From assembly GCA_026770705.1 (NCBI GenBank), contig JANJGN010000052.1, positions 558,001 to 622,000 on the forward strand: 64,000 nt of DNA. The letters are read 5' to 3'. Position 1 is the first letter of the stretch, and each line of letters starts with the position of its first letter. Of the stretch, positions 51,970 through 63,100 are shown piece by piece. The stretch is from Isurus oxyrinchus. Its lineage: Eukaryota. Position numbers and translations under genes: made by a program. The notes under the pieces are model-generated. The model saw only the letters and a list, made by a program, of their open reading frames with translations, made no database searches and was not told where the DNA came from.

Positions 51970-53509
51970 CTGGGGAGAGAAATCTCAATATTTATCTCTG
52001 GATGGTTTGTGGATCCACTAGACTCAAAATTTACAGATGAGGCTGAATTGGGGGGATGGTCAATACTGAGGAGAATGGCAACAAATTATTTTGGCAGGAA
52101 GAATAGAAAAACAGGATATTATTTAAATGGAGACAGGCTGCAGAATGCAGTACAGAGGGATCTGGGTGTCCTTGTACATGAATCACAGAAAGTCAGCATT
52201 CAGGAACACCACGGAATGAGGAAGGCAAGTGGAATGTTGGCCTTTATTGCAAAGGGATGGAGTATAAAAGGAGGGAAGTCTTGCAACAGCTGCACAGGGC
52301 GTTAGTGAGATTGTAACAGGATCATTGTGTACAGGCAGTTCAGAGAAGCTTCACTGGGCTGATTCCTGGGATTAAAGGGTTTGTCCTGTGAGGAAATGTT
52401 GAGCAGGTTGGGCCTGTATCCATTGGAGTTTAGAAGAATGAGGGGTGACCTTATTGAAACATATCCAATTCCGAGGGGGCTTGACAGGGTGGATGCTGGG
52501 AGGATGTTTCCCCCTCGTGGGGGAATCTAGAACCAGGGAGCACAGTTTCGGAATGAGGACTCTCCCATTTAAGACTGAGATGAGGAGGAATTTCCTCTCT
52601 CAGAGGGGCGCTAGCCTGTGGAATTCTCTTCCCCAGAGAGCAGTGGAGGCTGGGCCATTGAATAGACTCAAGGCTGAGTGAGGCAGGTTTTTGATCGACA
52701 AGGGAGTCAAGGGTTTGGGGGACAGGCAGGAAAATGGAGTTAAGGCCACAACCAGATCAGCGAGGGCAGGCTGGAGGGGCCGAATGGCCTGCTCCTGTCC
52801 CTATTTCTTATGTTCCTACATTCTTACCTTCTTAAAATATTAAAGCTGCAGAATAAACATGCAAGTGACTGACCCGCTCGACCCACTTTCCATCTGGGGG
52901 TCCCATGGGGAGGACCCTTCTTGAGCCAGATCCACCAGCCAACATGGTCTGGATCCGAGCACAGGAGACACGGGGGGGAGTGACTAACAGGCTCCTTGTG
53001 ACAGGCCCTGTCTGTCCAATGGCTGGCTTTCAGCTGCCAAGGCCAGAGTGGTCCTTGCTAAAACCAGCTCAGGACAGGCCAGGACCCCTGTGCAGACCCC
53101 CTCCAGCGCTGCAGCCTCTGTACAAATCCCTCATGCGCTTGTGGAGAGACACAAACAAGGCTGTACATTACCGAGGAGAATCCCCTCTACGGACTAAGGG
53201 GCTGACTCATCACCTTGAACTCAGCAAATGAGGAGGCTCTCGCTCGGTATCGGGGCTTGGCATTCGCTCAATAAAAATAATCAAATGACACTTTGGTCAG
53301 AAATCTAAGCAGGTTGTACATTCCCTCAAAAATAAGACTCAATCTGGGGTCGAGGGTCAAAGGGCAACAACTTATATTTTCACAACAACTTTAACATGAC
53401 AAATCACCCCAAGGTGCTACACAGGAGCGTCATAAAACAAAGTATGTCACGCAGACACATGTGGAGATATTAGCGACAGCTGACCAGAAGGGATCGGTGT
53501 TATGGAGAA

Positions 53510-55830
53510 ACTTAAAAGAGGGATGAAATGGTTAGTGAGAGAGAGAGAGTGAGTGTGAGGGATGGAGAGGGCTTAAGGGAGGGTATTACGGAGCTCGGTC
53601 CCCAGGCAGCTGAAGGCATGGCCACCGATGTTAGAGTGTTGAGATCGGGGGATGGTCAAGAGGCTGGAATTGGAGGAGCGCAGAGACCTCTGAAGGTTGG
53701 TGGGTCTGGAGGAGGTTACAGAGATAGGGAGGGTTGTAGGGGCTGGAGGAGGTTACAGAGATAGTGAGGGTTGTAGTGATTGGAGGAGTTACAGAGATAG
53801 GGAGGGTTGTAGCGGCTGGAAAAGGTAAGAGAGATTGGGAGAGTGTAGGGTCTGGAGGAGTTTGCAGAGGTAGGGAGGGTTGTAGTGACTGGGGCAGGTT
53901 ACAGGGGCAGGGAAAGTTGTCGGGACTGGAGCAGGCTACAGAGATACGGAAGCTTTTAGGGGCAGGAGGAAGTTACAGAAATAGGGAGGTTTGTAGTGGC
54001 TGGAGGAGGTTGCAGAGATTGGTAGGTTTGTTGGGCAGGATGAATTTACAGATATAGGGAAGTGGTAGAGAATTGAAGAGGTTACAGAGAATGGGATGGT
54101 TGTAGGTACTGGAGGAGGACGAGGAGATTACAGAGATAGTGAGGAAACAAAGATGAAAATTTGGACATTGAGACTTTGCTTGACCAGGAGCCAGTCTCGG
54201 TCATCGAGCAGAGCGGGTGATAAGGGAACGGGACTTGGTGTGAGTAAGGACGTGGTCAGCAGTTTTGGATGGCCTCAAGTTTATGGAGTGTAGAGCGTGT
54301 GTTGGAACAGTCGAGACTGGAGGTAATGAAGGCGTGGATGAGGGTTTCAGCAGCAGATGAGCTGAGACAGGGTGATGTCGTGCGATGTTACGGAGGTGGA
54401 AATAGACGGTGTTAGTGAGGGCGCAGATATGAGGCCGGAAGCTCATCTCAGGATCAAATGGGACAACAAAGCTGTGAACAGATTGGCTTCAATCTCAGAG
54501 AGCTGCCAGGGAGAGGAATGGAGTTGGTAGCGAGGGAACAGAGTTTGGAGCGGGGAATGAAGACAATGGCTTCAGTCTTTCCAATATTTAATTGGAGGGA
54601 ATTTCTGCCCATCCAGTACTGGATGTCAGATACAAAAACAGAATTACCTGGAAAAACTCAGCAGGTCTGGCAGCATCGGCGGAGAAGCAAAGAGTTGACG
54701 TTTCGAGTCCTCATGACCCTTCGACAGAACTTGAGTTCGAGTCAAAGAAAGAGTTGAAATATAAGCTGGTTTAAGGTGTGTGTGTGTGGGGCGGAGAGAT
54801 AGAGAGAGAGAAGTGGAGGGGGGGTGTGGTTGTAGGGACAAACAAGCAGTGATGGAAGCAGATCATCAAAAGATGTCAACAACAATAGAACAAAAGAACA
54901 CATAGGTGTTAAAGTTGGTGATATTATCTAAATGAATAATATTTATTCTTCGGCTCATCCGACGCCTCAACAAGAAACTTTTTCTCTTTTTCGTTTAGAT
55001 AATATCACCAACTTTAACACCTATGTGTTCTTTTATTCTATTGTTGTTGACATCTTTTGATGATCTGCTTCTATCACTGCTTGTTTGTCCCTACAACCAC
55101 ACCACCCCCCCTCCACTTCTCTCTCTCTCTCTCTCTCCCCCCCCCCCCCTCCACACACACAGCTTAAACCAGCTTATATTTCAACTCTTGCTTGGACTCG
55201 AACTCAAGTTCTGTCGAAGGGTCATGAGGACTCGAAACGTCAACTCTTTTCTTCTCCGCCGATGCTGCCAGACCTGCTCAGTTGTTCCAGGAAATTCTGT
55301 TTTTGTTTTGGATTTCCAGCATCCGCAGTTTTTGTGTTTTTATCTCTGGATGTTGGATAAGCAGCCTGATAATTTAGCAGCAGTGGAGGAGTCGAGAGAG
55401 GTGGTGGTGAGGTAGAGCTGGGGATCCTCAGTGGACAGGTGAAAACTAACACTGTTCAGATGATGCTGCAAAGCCATTGCAAGTGATTCTCTGGCTACGA
55501 TGAGATGGATAAGAATGGAGCCAGGGGAGAGCAGTCCCACCCAGCTGGACGACAGTGGAGAGGTGTTAGAGGAGGATGGTGTGGTCGAGCGTGTCAAAGG
55601 CTGCAGACAGATCGAGAAGGACGAGGAGGGAAAGTTGACCTTTGTCACAGTCACACAGGATGCCATTTGTGACCTTGATAAGAGCTGTTTCAGCACAGTG
55701 GCTGGGGTGGGAACCTGATTGGAGGGATTCAAACATGGAGTTCCGGGAAAGATGGGAACGGATTCGGGAGATGGAAACACGTACAAGGACTTTGGAGGGG
55801 AAAGAGAGGCTGGAGATGGGACAGGGGTTT
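53510..55830 (-). mobile_element. L2-like LINE RT/3' fragment
   Basis: MFESLQSG...H..ETALIKVTN...LVLLDLSAAFDTLDH; YFHLRNIAR. Confidence 0.85.
54633..55345. mobile_element. Penelope-like hairpin insertion (about 300-bp inverted arms) inside the L2 element
   Basis: 54633-54931 mirrors about 54995-55305. Imperfect TSD ctggatgtcagata / ctggatgttggata. Confidence 0.78.
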
Positions 55831-56100
55831 ACACGGACAGTGTGAGGGGTGGAAGGTGTAGTGGGGAGGAGATACTTCACTCAGGGGGGAGGTGTCATCA
55901 CCCCTCAGCTCGGTTTACGTTACAGCTATGATGTGGATTCAATCACACACAATAAGCTTATGGATCTGGGAGCAGAAATAGACAAATCATTAAAAATAGT
56001 GGCGCTGGTTAACACGGCCAAAAAACAAGCAAATCAAACACTATTATTTCCCATTGAGTGTTGGATGTGAATTGTTGAGTAATTATAACACAGAACTTAC

Positions 56101-56475
56101 CAGAAACGTGAAGCTGGGTTTCAGGACGGTCGTTGTATCTATTCCTGTTGTCAAATTCTAGTCTGAATAAATAATATCCTGCATCTTCCCGTCTGATGTT
56201 GTTTATAATCAGGGAACAGTCGCCATCTTTCAGGTCTCCAGACAGCCGGGTCCGATCGTGGAACTGTGGTAACTCGCGATTATGATCCTTGGAGTGAAAG
56301 GCTATAGACCGTTCATTCCATTTTTCCCAATTCCTTCTCATATACCAGATTCCGACTGGTGATCTCGCTACTAAATATGATGGATAACTGTAATTACATG
56401 GAATCTGTACACACGAACCTTCCTGCGCTGTCACCTCTCCTGGAGTGTCACCTTTCCACACTTGTGATAGTCCAA
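56101..56475 (-). CDS. Siglec V-set Ig exon V1
   Basis: AG/GTAAGT boundaries, 375 nt, phase 1-1. Siglec motifs GSCVQIPC, DGDCSL, DAGYYLFR (essential Arg). Confidence 0.92.
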
Positions 56476-56879
56476 CTAGGGAGAGAAATATCAATATTTA
56501 ACTCTGAATGTTTTCTCAATCCACTAGACTCAATATCCACCCCCTCCATCACTGGGGCACACAGGCTGCAGTCTGGATAATCCACAGGTCACACAATGAA
56601 TGCCCCAAGGTTTCACAACAGATTGAAGAGAATTCCGGACACAGGAGTGGACAAGTTCATTCTACATTGGCTCATGACCCTCAGGAACCTGTTTAGTGAA
56701 GTCAGTCTTCCACCCAACACAGTGTCTACAAGACGCACTAATTGAAGTGAGTTCTCTGCTGACTTACAACGTAGGACAATGGATTAGGAGCCTTCAGAAC
56801 TCCCCCCATTATCACCGTCATGAATCACTAATTAGGCTAGCTGTCCTAGATCCTCAGTGTCTAAGGCAGTGGTTCCTAT

Positions 56880-57805
56880 TGTGATGAAAGTATAATAATT
56901 TTCATAATATTTTATAGTATATTGTGAAGTAGGTTTATGGGGGTACGCATGATGGGTCTGCATGTGATTTAAGTACATTTGGAGTTAATTAGATTGGAAG
57001 TTTAAAATGATCAAAAGGAGCTAGGTGCTTGACATGCTATGGAGGAAACATGGATGCTGCTTAGCATGGAAGGTATGAAGAGAATTTGCATTTTTATATC
57101 AATGAAGGGGTTGTTGGATTTCAAAGGAATCTTAGCTTGTTTACAACTAGGCAGATAAGCAAGACTAAGGAATGTGTTTATTTTTCTCAAAGGCTCCTGG
57201 CAATATGGGCACCACGAAAGAGTTTGTTATGAGGAAGATACAGTTTCAAAAACATATGGAACAATAGAATTTTCATGTTACAAAGAGAGAAATATATATC
57301 TATCAGGGAGAATGAAAGGCTATGTGTCAGAATGCCATGTAAGATCTAACACGAGTGTGTGATATAGTCTTAATGAAACCTCTAGCATTTGTGCACAAAC
57401 CTGCTATCCAACAGAACTGAAGTTGGGGAAAAGCCACTTGGAATTCCACTGTGCAGGGTATTGCTTTTATATTGTGTTAACTTGCTGGGTTTGTTTTAAA
57501 TATAAAGTCTATTTTTGGACCATTGCCTTAAAGGGAGTGTAACTGGGAGTCAGTTTAATTCAGAATTTTAAGAATTATTATAGTGGTAATTGTAGAGTTA
57601 TGTATGTGCTTCAAATCATTTATTTTGAGAGCAAGTATTTTAATTTAATTTTCAAATCTCTAAAGGTCTTGGTGTAATTATTGCTTCTGAATTCAGTGCA
57701 CACATCTCATAATAAATACAAATTGCAAAATCATTATGATCATGTGACCACCTTTCTCTCATGGACTTGGTCTGCCTGGCACACATCACCTGCCAAGTGA
57801 TAACA
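56880..57805 (+). mobile_element. Solo LTR
   Basis: TG...CA ends, flanks ctat/ctgt, homologous to 13251-14145. Confidence 0.7.
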
Positions 57806-57809
57806 CTGT

Positions 57810-60760
57810 TGTAATATGCCTTTCAGTGATAGCAGCATGACATCACTCAAGGGGAAGTGTGTCATGTGATTTTAGGAATTGGGTATAGCTTAAGTAAGTT
57901 CTATGTGTATTTGTGTGTGTTAGGGATAAGGTATATGTTTAAGTTCAAGTTTAGTTTGATTTCTGTATTTGTGTGTTAAGAAAGGGGGAAACTTCAGTTT
58001 TGGTTTCATTTTCGTTTAGCAATCTAATGGGGTTTGATGTCTCTTGAAGGAAAGTCAAAACAAACACAAGGTGTAAGAAACTGTGCTATTGCTAAGCAAC
58101 AGTGATCCATAGGGACGGACCCATAGAGACAGAGAAAAACAGAAATGTGCTTTCAGTTTGGTTGAAAGGAGTTGCCAGGAGAAGCAGCAAAGGAGCGGGA
58201 CAGATAGTCAGTCCCAAAGTAAAGAAGAAGCCAAAACCATCGAGTGGAACAGGAGAAAGGGCCAAGAAGACCTTCTACTCCAAAGAAGATCAGGAATCTG
58301 GACAAGGTCCTGTTAAGTCGAGATAAGATTGAGGAGCAGAGGAGGGATCCAAGCTAAAAGAGAAAAAGCAAAAGGACACAGACCTAAAGCAAAAAAGGCT
58401 GATTAGAAGCCAGAAGATCATAGGAGACAGCTAAATGTTGATGTCTTCTTACTATGACCATGTGAAGCCATGGTGTTCCATTGGCATGACTGAGCATTGG
58501 AAAGACAACGCGTAGAAGGAAGGCTGAATGCATGTGGCGATCCAGGGGGCAGGAACATGGGAAGGAGAGTTTGAAATCGTGGAAGTGGACCCTTGTGGAA
58601 GGTCTCTGAGTGAAAGTGTCATGTTAGAGAAGATTCCAAAGAGAGCACTTGACGAGTAGAGATTGGAAACTCTCATGTGAAAGATACAGTTTTGTAAGAC
58701 CAGTTGCCTCATGGTGTAACAAGTGTCTGGAGTCAGTTGAGCTGAAACCCATAGCATTTGTTCCAATTGGGGTCTATCACTTGGTTACAGAATGTGGTGT
58801 CCCTGACACCAGGTCGTCTATTGGTTTGCATGAACTGTGTACTTAGTGTGAACATGAGAGTATAAGATAGTTATTGTAACTTGTATTCTACTTATGAATC
58901 TGTAAATGTATAGGTCTGGGTGAAGGAGTAATGTAATATAGTTTGTCTTTCCTAGTTTAATAAATGTTTTATTCTTTTGTTAGAAGGTCATCAGATGATT
59001 CCTGTGACTCTGTTCAGTAGCCGCACTCCACATTCCAAAATAAAAAATAAAAGTTAGGACCTATCAAGCTGAGCTCCACCCTGGGATCTGACTTGCCCAG
59101 TAGTAACATCAGCTGGGATGATAACACCATCCAGTCCAAGTTTCACTTTGGCCTGTGAACAGAACACAGCTCACACAGTTTGGCCGCAGGTGTCTCCCAG
59201 CTTTCTATCCTTGTTCACATGTCCCCATTCTAAATAAATGAACCCACAATGCATTTACCCAATTCCATATCAGTGGCTGGTGCCTTTATATCATTATAAA
59301 AACACAACATGGTGATCAGCGGTGGCCAAACATTCTGGCAGCAAGATTCAGTACAGGTATGATGTGGTGAACAGCCTTAGATCGAGCTACATGACATGAG
59401 ATGACCCTCGACGCTTTGGTCAGACCAGAACAGAGACACAGCATCAGAGAGGGTTGAAATCGCAGTGTACTGACTGCTCAGGAAACCTTTGAAGACACAG
59501 TGACGGGACAGAGCACAAGTAAAGAGCTGGGGAGCAGACGGATCCCTCGTGGTGAGATTACAGCACACAGCCTGTAGGTCAGTGAGTGGGACACTGTGTA
59601 TCGCCAGGACCAGCAACGGGTTAGCTCAGTCAGGGAAGGCGAGTGACCAGGGTGTGGGCTGGATCGATAGTGAGCGAGGGAGAGTCAAACACACAAAAAC
59701 CATTATAAAAATCAGGCCAGAGAAGTTAGTGATTATAACGGGGGGCTTCGAGATTGCTGAACAGCAAATTGAATAAAAAACAAAGACTCCATTACTCCGT
59801 GGTGTGTTCCTGCCACAACCCGTCTTCGTGGGCGGAGCTTCGGAAAAGCGCACGAAAGGGGCTAAAGCGACACTCATCCCAGATCCTGTAGGAGAAGGAA
59901 GGTCAAAGGAATATTGTCAGAATGTCCACGAAATTCCCCAGTTTGAACTGGGATGTAGCTGACCGACTATCTGAATTCAGAATGTTTAAACAGCATACAG
60001 AGCTCTGGTTTCCTGATTCAGGTGTGACTGAACCAGATGAGCCACCCATAAAAATTCACCTCGCGATTGGGAATGAAGGTCTACACAGGCTGAACACGTC
60101 AGGATTAACAGCAGAAGAGCGAAAGGATCCCCAATAGATATGGACAACATTGGAAGACAGGTTCAGAATCAGTTTAAACTTCATATTCGTCAACTAGAGT
60201 TTATGTCATTTCATCAGCCTACACAATCCATAGACCACTTCATCAGCCGATGTAGAGAAAAGGGTACGCACTGTGATTTCAAACACAGAGCCTGCAGACA
60301 GAGTTGTTGAGTTGGTGATCGCATCCACTCCCATGGAAGCCTTCCAGAAAGATCTGCTAGATAAGACCAAAACCTACAGCATTGAAGAGCTACTCAAGGA
60401 TGACATAAATACGAAGTGATCCTCGCAGGTCAACGAAGCTTACAGGTCCTCAGTACAACATCAATTGTTGACACACTCACTAGAACATCCAAACCTAGTG
60501 AGACGTGTGGAAGGTGTGGCCTTCTGCAAGCACCAAGGAAATGCCCAGCTTTCCACCAATCCTGCAAGGCTTGTGGCAGAAAGGGCCATTGACAGCGGCA
60601 GGGCACTAGAGCAAAGGCTGATGCCGCTACAAAGAGCTGTGCGCTGATCCAAACTAACCCTACAAAACGGGGAACCTTCAAGCAATAAGAATGCCCATCC
60701 CCTATCCCATCAGGAACATAGACATGTGGTGACTGACAAACCAGGAAATGGCGATGATGT
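57810..60760 (+). mobile_element. Gypsy-like element: 5' LTR ending 59309 (probably with a nested LTR up to 59126), PBS-like TGGTGATCAGCGGTGG at 59310, degenerate gag from 59922
   Basis: ...ACAACA|TGGTG junction; gag-like LNWD...FKQ...W; zinc knuckles CGRCG and CKACGRKGH; internal stops. Confidence 0.75.
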
Positions 60761-62470
60761 GCATGGCGAGACGAGGAGCGGTGATCGATATTCCACCTCT
60801 CACACATATCCTGACGTGGCTTGCCAATAAATTGTGGATTGAGGTCTTTATTGATCTCTCTGGGCACATCAAATAAACTGAAAATGTCCCAAGGGGTGGG
60901 ATTTGCTGGCCCCACCCACTGCCAGGATTGTCCGGACCAGCCGAAAGCCAATGGATTTATGTCTGTCCCAGTCTCAGAAACTACTCCATCACCTCAGTTC
61001 ATGACATAACATTGAAATATGCAGAAAGTTTCAACAATATTGGCAATTTCAAGGGAGCTGGATCATCACACCTGCAGGAGAATGCAAGTCTGTCAGACTC
61101 CTTGCATTAAAATAATTGCAATCCAACTTTGCCATTCTATCTTCTGCCAATAATTTCTCTGCCTTCCAGGTTCATTTGCTCTCTCTTCTAATTTTGGCTG
61201 TGCATCTCCCTTTGGTCAACCTCTTTTTGGGATCCCATCCCCTGCCATGTTAGTTTAAAGCCTCCCCAGTTGCATCAAGGGTAAAATGCCAATTGAAACA
61301 AGGGGCAACATCGAAGAATGACAATCCCACAGATCAATGTGAGCAATTAAAGACACCTCCAGACAAGGTTCCCACCACAAGACCTGGGCGTAACAGCAGA
61401 TTACCTCTATGCTTTAGAGACTTAAATATTCAACAGATCTATACATTTATGTAATTGTCAAGAATTATGAAAATGATACCAGAAACCTCTTGTTCTCTGT
61501 CCTTGTCAAAGATCCATCCCTGCAGCGGGAGCCTGAAGAGTTATTGATGTGGGGCTTAATTTGTCAGATTGTAGAATGATCTGGAACAGAAGGAAGCCAT
61601 TTGGTCCATCGAGCCTGCGCTGGGCCTTTGAAAGATCTGTCCAATTAGTCCCACTCTCACCTCTGCTCTCTCCTCCACAGCCCTGCAAAATGTCTCCTTC
61701 AAGTATTTATCCAGTTCCCCTTCTGAAAGTTCCTGTTGAATCTGCTTCCACCGGCCTTTCAGGCAGTGAGTCAATGGTCTCTCTCTGAGCTGCAAAGTGC
61801 TAATGTTCTGAGAACTTTAAACTCTGCAGCAGGTCAGAGACACTCATGATAACTCAGAATATTTGACAGTTTTACACACAGCTTTACCTCCCTTGTCTCT
61901 TTCAGTTATCTTGCTCCCTTATTGAAGTATCTAGCAAGGTGAGAATGGACAGGAAGTGTGACACTGAACAGCCTGTCTATTCTAGGAGCTGATGTGTTGT
62001 CTTCATGGGAAGTCCTGACTTAGATCAGCAAAAGACACAAAATTTCAGGGCATTGTTATCCGTGTCCTAGCATCGGGATAGACCTCAACCCCCCGTTTTT
62101 ATCCCTGATTCTCTCTTCAGCCGATCGCTTCCCTGTCACTCACTGACCAACACTGACTCCCAGTACAGCAATGACTCAAATTTCAAATTCTCATCATCGA
62201 TTTCTTACCACACCATCCCCCCTCTACACTCTCTATCTGTGTAACCTCCTCCAACCCTAAAACCCTCTGAGATCTCTGCTCTCCTCCAATTCTGCTGTCA
62301 GACATGGAGTCAGTGAATATCAGTGAGCACAGGGGTGATGGGTGAATGGGATTTGGTGTGTGTTTGTACACTGGCTCACTGCTGAATCGTTTCCCAATCA
62401 CAGCTCAATAAGAATGATCTTTTACAAAGACTATTAACCATAAATCTGTCCAAGCTGACGATGTTATTAC

Positions 62471-62510
62471 CTTGGAGAAGTGACAGGAGGAAGTAAGATT
62501 TCCCGATCAT
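62471..62510 (-). CDS. Siglec-like receptor leader exon (MIGKSYFLLSLLQ)
   Basis: Acceptor tctttcag| before 62552, ATG at 62510, 40 nt ending in phase 1 at CAA G|gtaat. Joins in frame to every V exon. Confidence 0.85.
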
Positions 62511-62960
62511 TGTCCACTCCCAGATATTTCATTAGCTTCTGACTCTCAATCTCTGAAAGAGAAAGGAGTTAATGAGACCTCACCTCTTGTCCGACAGCTC
62601 TCAAGAGATCAGAACTGCTTTTGGACAATGTCTTGACAGACTAATTTAATTCTCTGTGGGATGATAGGTACTCTGCAGAGAGTTACAAGGCTTTAAGAAA
62701 GAAAAACATTGAAGGATTTGCATTTCTATTGCACCTTTCACCACCTCAAGACTTCCCAAAGCTCATGTCTCTGCACTTCCCTCATCCCTTGAGCTAGAAA
62801 GATGTTCTGTACAACAGACTTGAGCCTCACACCCTGATCTCAATAATCAGTAGAAATCTTTCAAATGCATGAATCATTGGAATCTGTCTTTATAAAGTCA
62901 CAACATCAACAAAGGACGGTGTTGGTCATGGATGTGAATTCCAATCGTTCCGTTACTTAC

Positions 62961-63100
62961 CCAGGACCCGTCCGACTGCTCGTCTGGAGAGGAACTGCCC
63001 ACACGCTCTGCTTGAGCTGAATGACCTCTTCCTGTGCTGCTCCCTCTGTGTGTTTAATTAGAAAGGGTGGATGTGTCACTGTGAGACAAAATGTGGAAGT
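62961..63100 (-). promoter_or_regulatory. Probable non-coding first exon and PU.1/ETS-type promoter of the Siglec unit
   Basis: Minus-strand donor TGG|gtaagt at 62960. PU.1-like aaatgtGGAAGTg at about 63088-63101. Transcription start not definable. Confidence 0.4.

Larger units (their letters stand above)
44380..53510. repeat. Four near-identical tandem units of about 2.3 kb, each with one V exon and a CR1 fragment
   Basis: V-exon donor spacing 2305, 2299 and 2304 bp; repeated ORFs in the track. Confidence 0.95.

Noticed and set aside
44693-56475. V array as RAG-rearranging Ig/TCR/IgNAR V segments
   Set aside because: Each V ends in a GTAAGT splice donor and includes its G strand. There are no per-V leaders, no clear heptamer-spacer-nonamer at the exon ends and no J segments, and the Cys pattern is Siglec-type.
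14435-62510. Assigning a specific symbol (CD22, MAG, SIGLEC1, CD33)
   Set aside because: Motifs establish the Siglec family, but orthology needs a phylogeny and the domain architecture fits none of them exactly.
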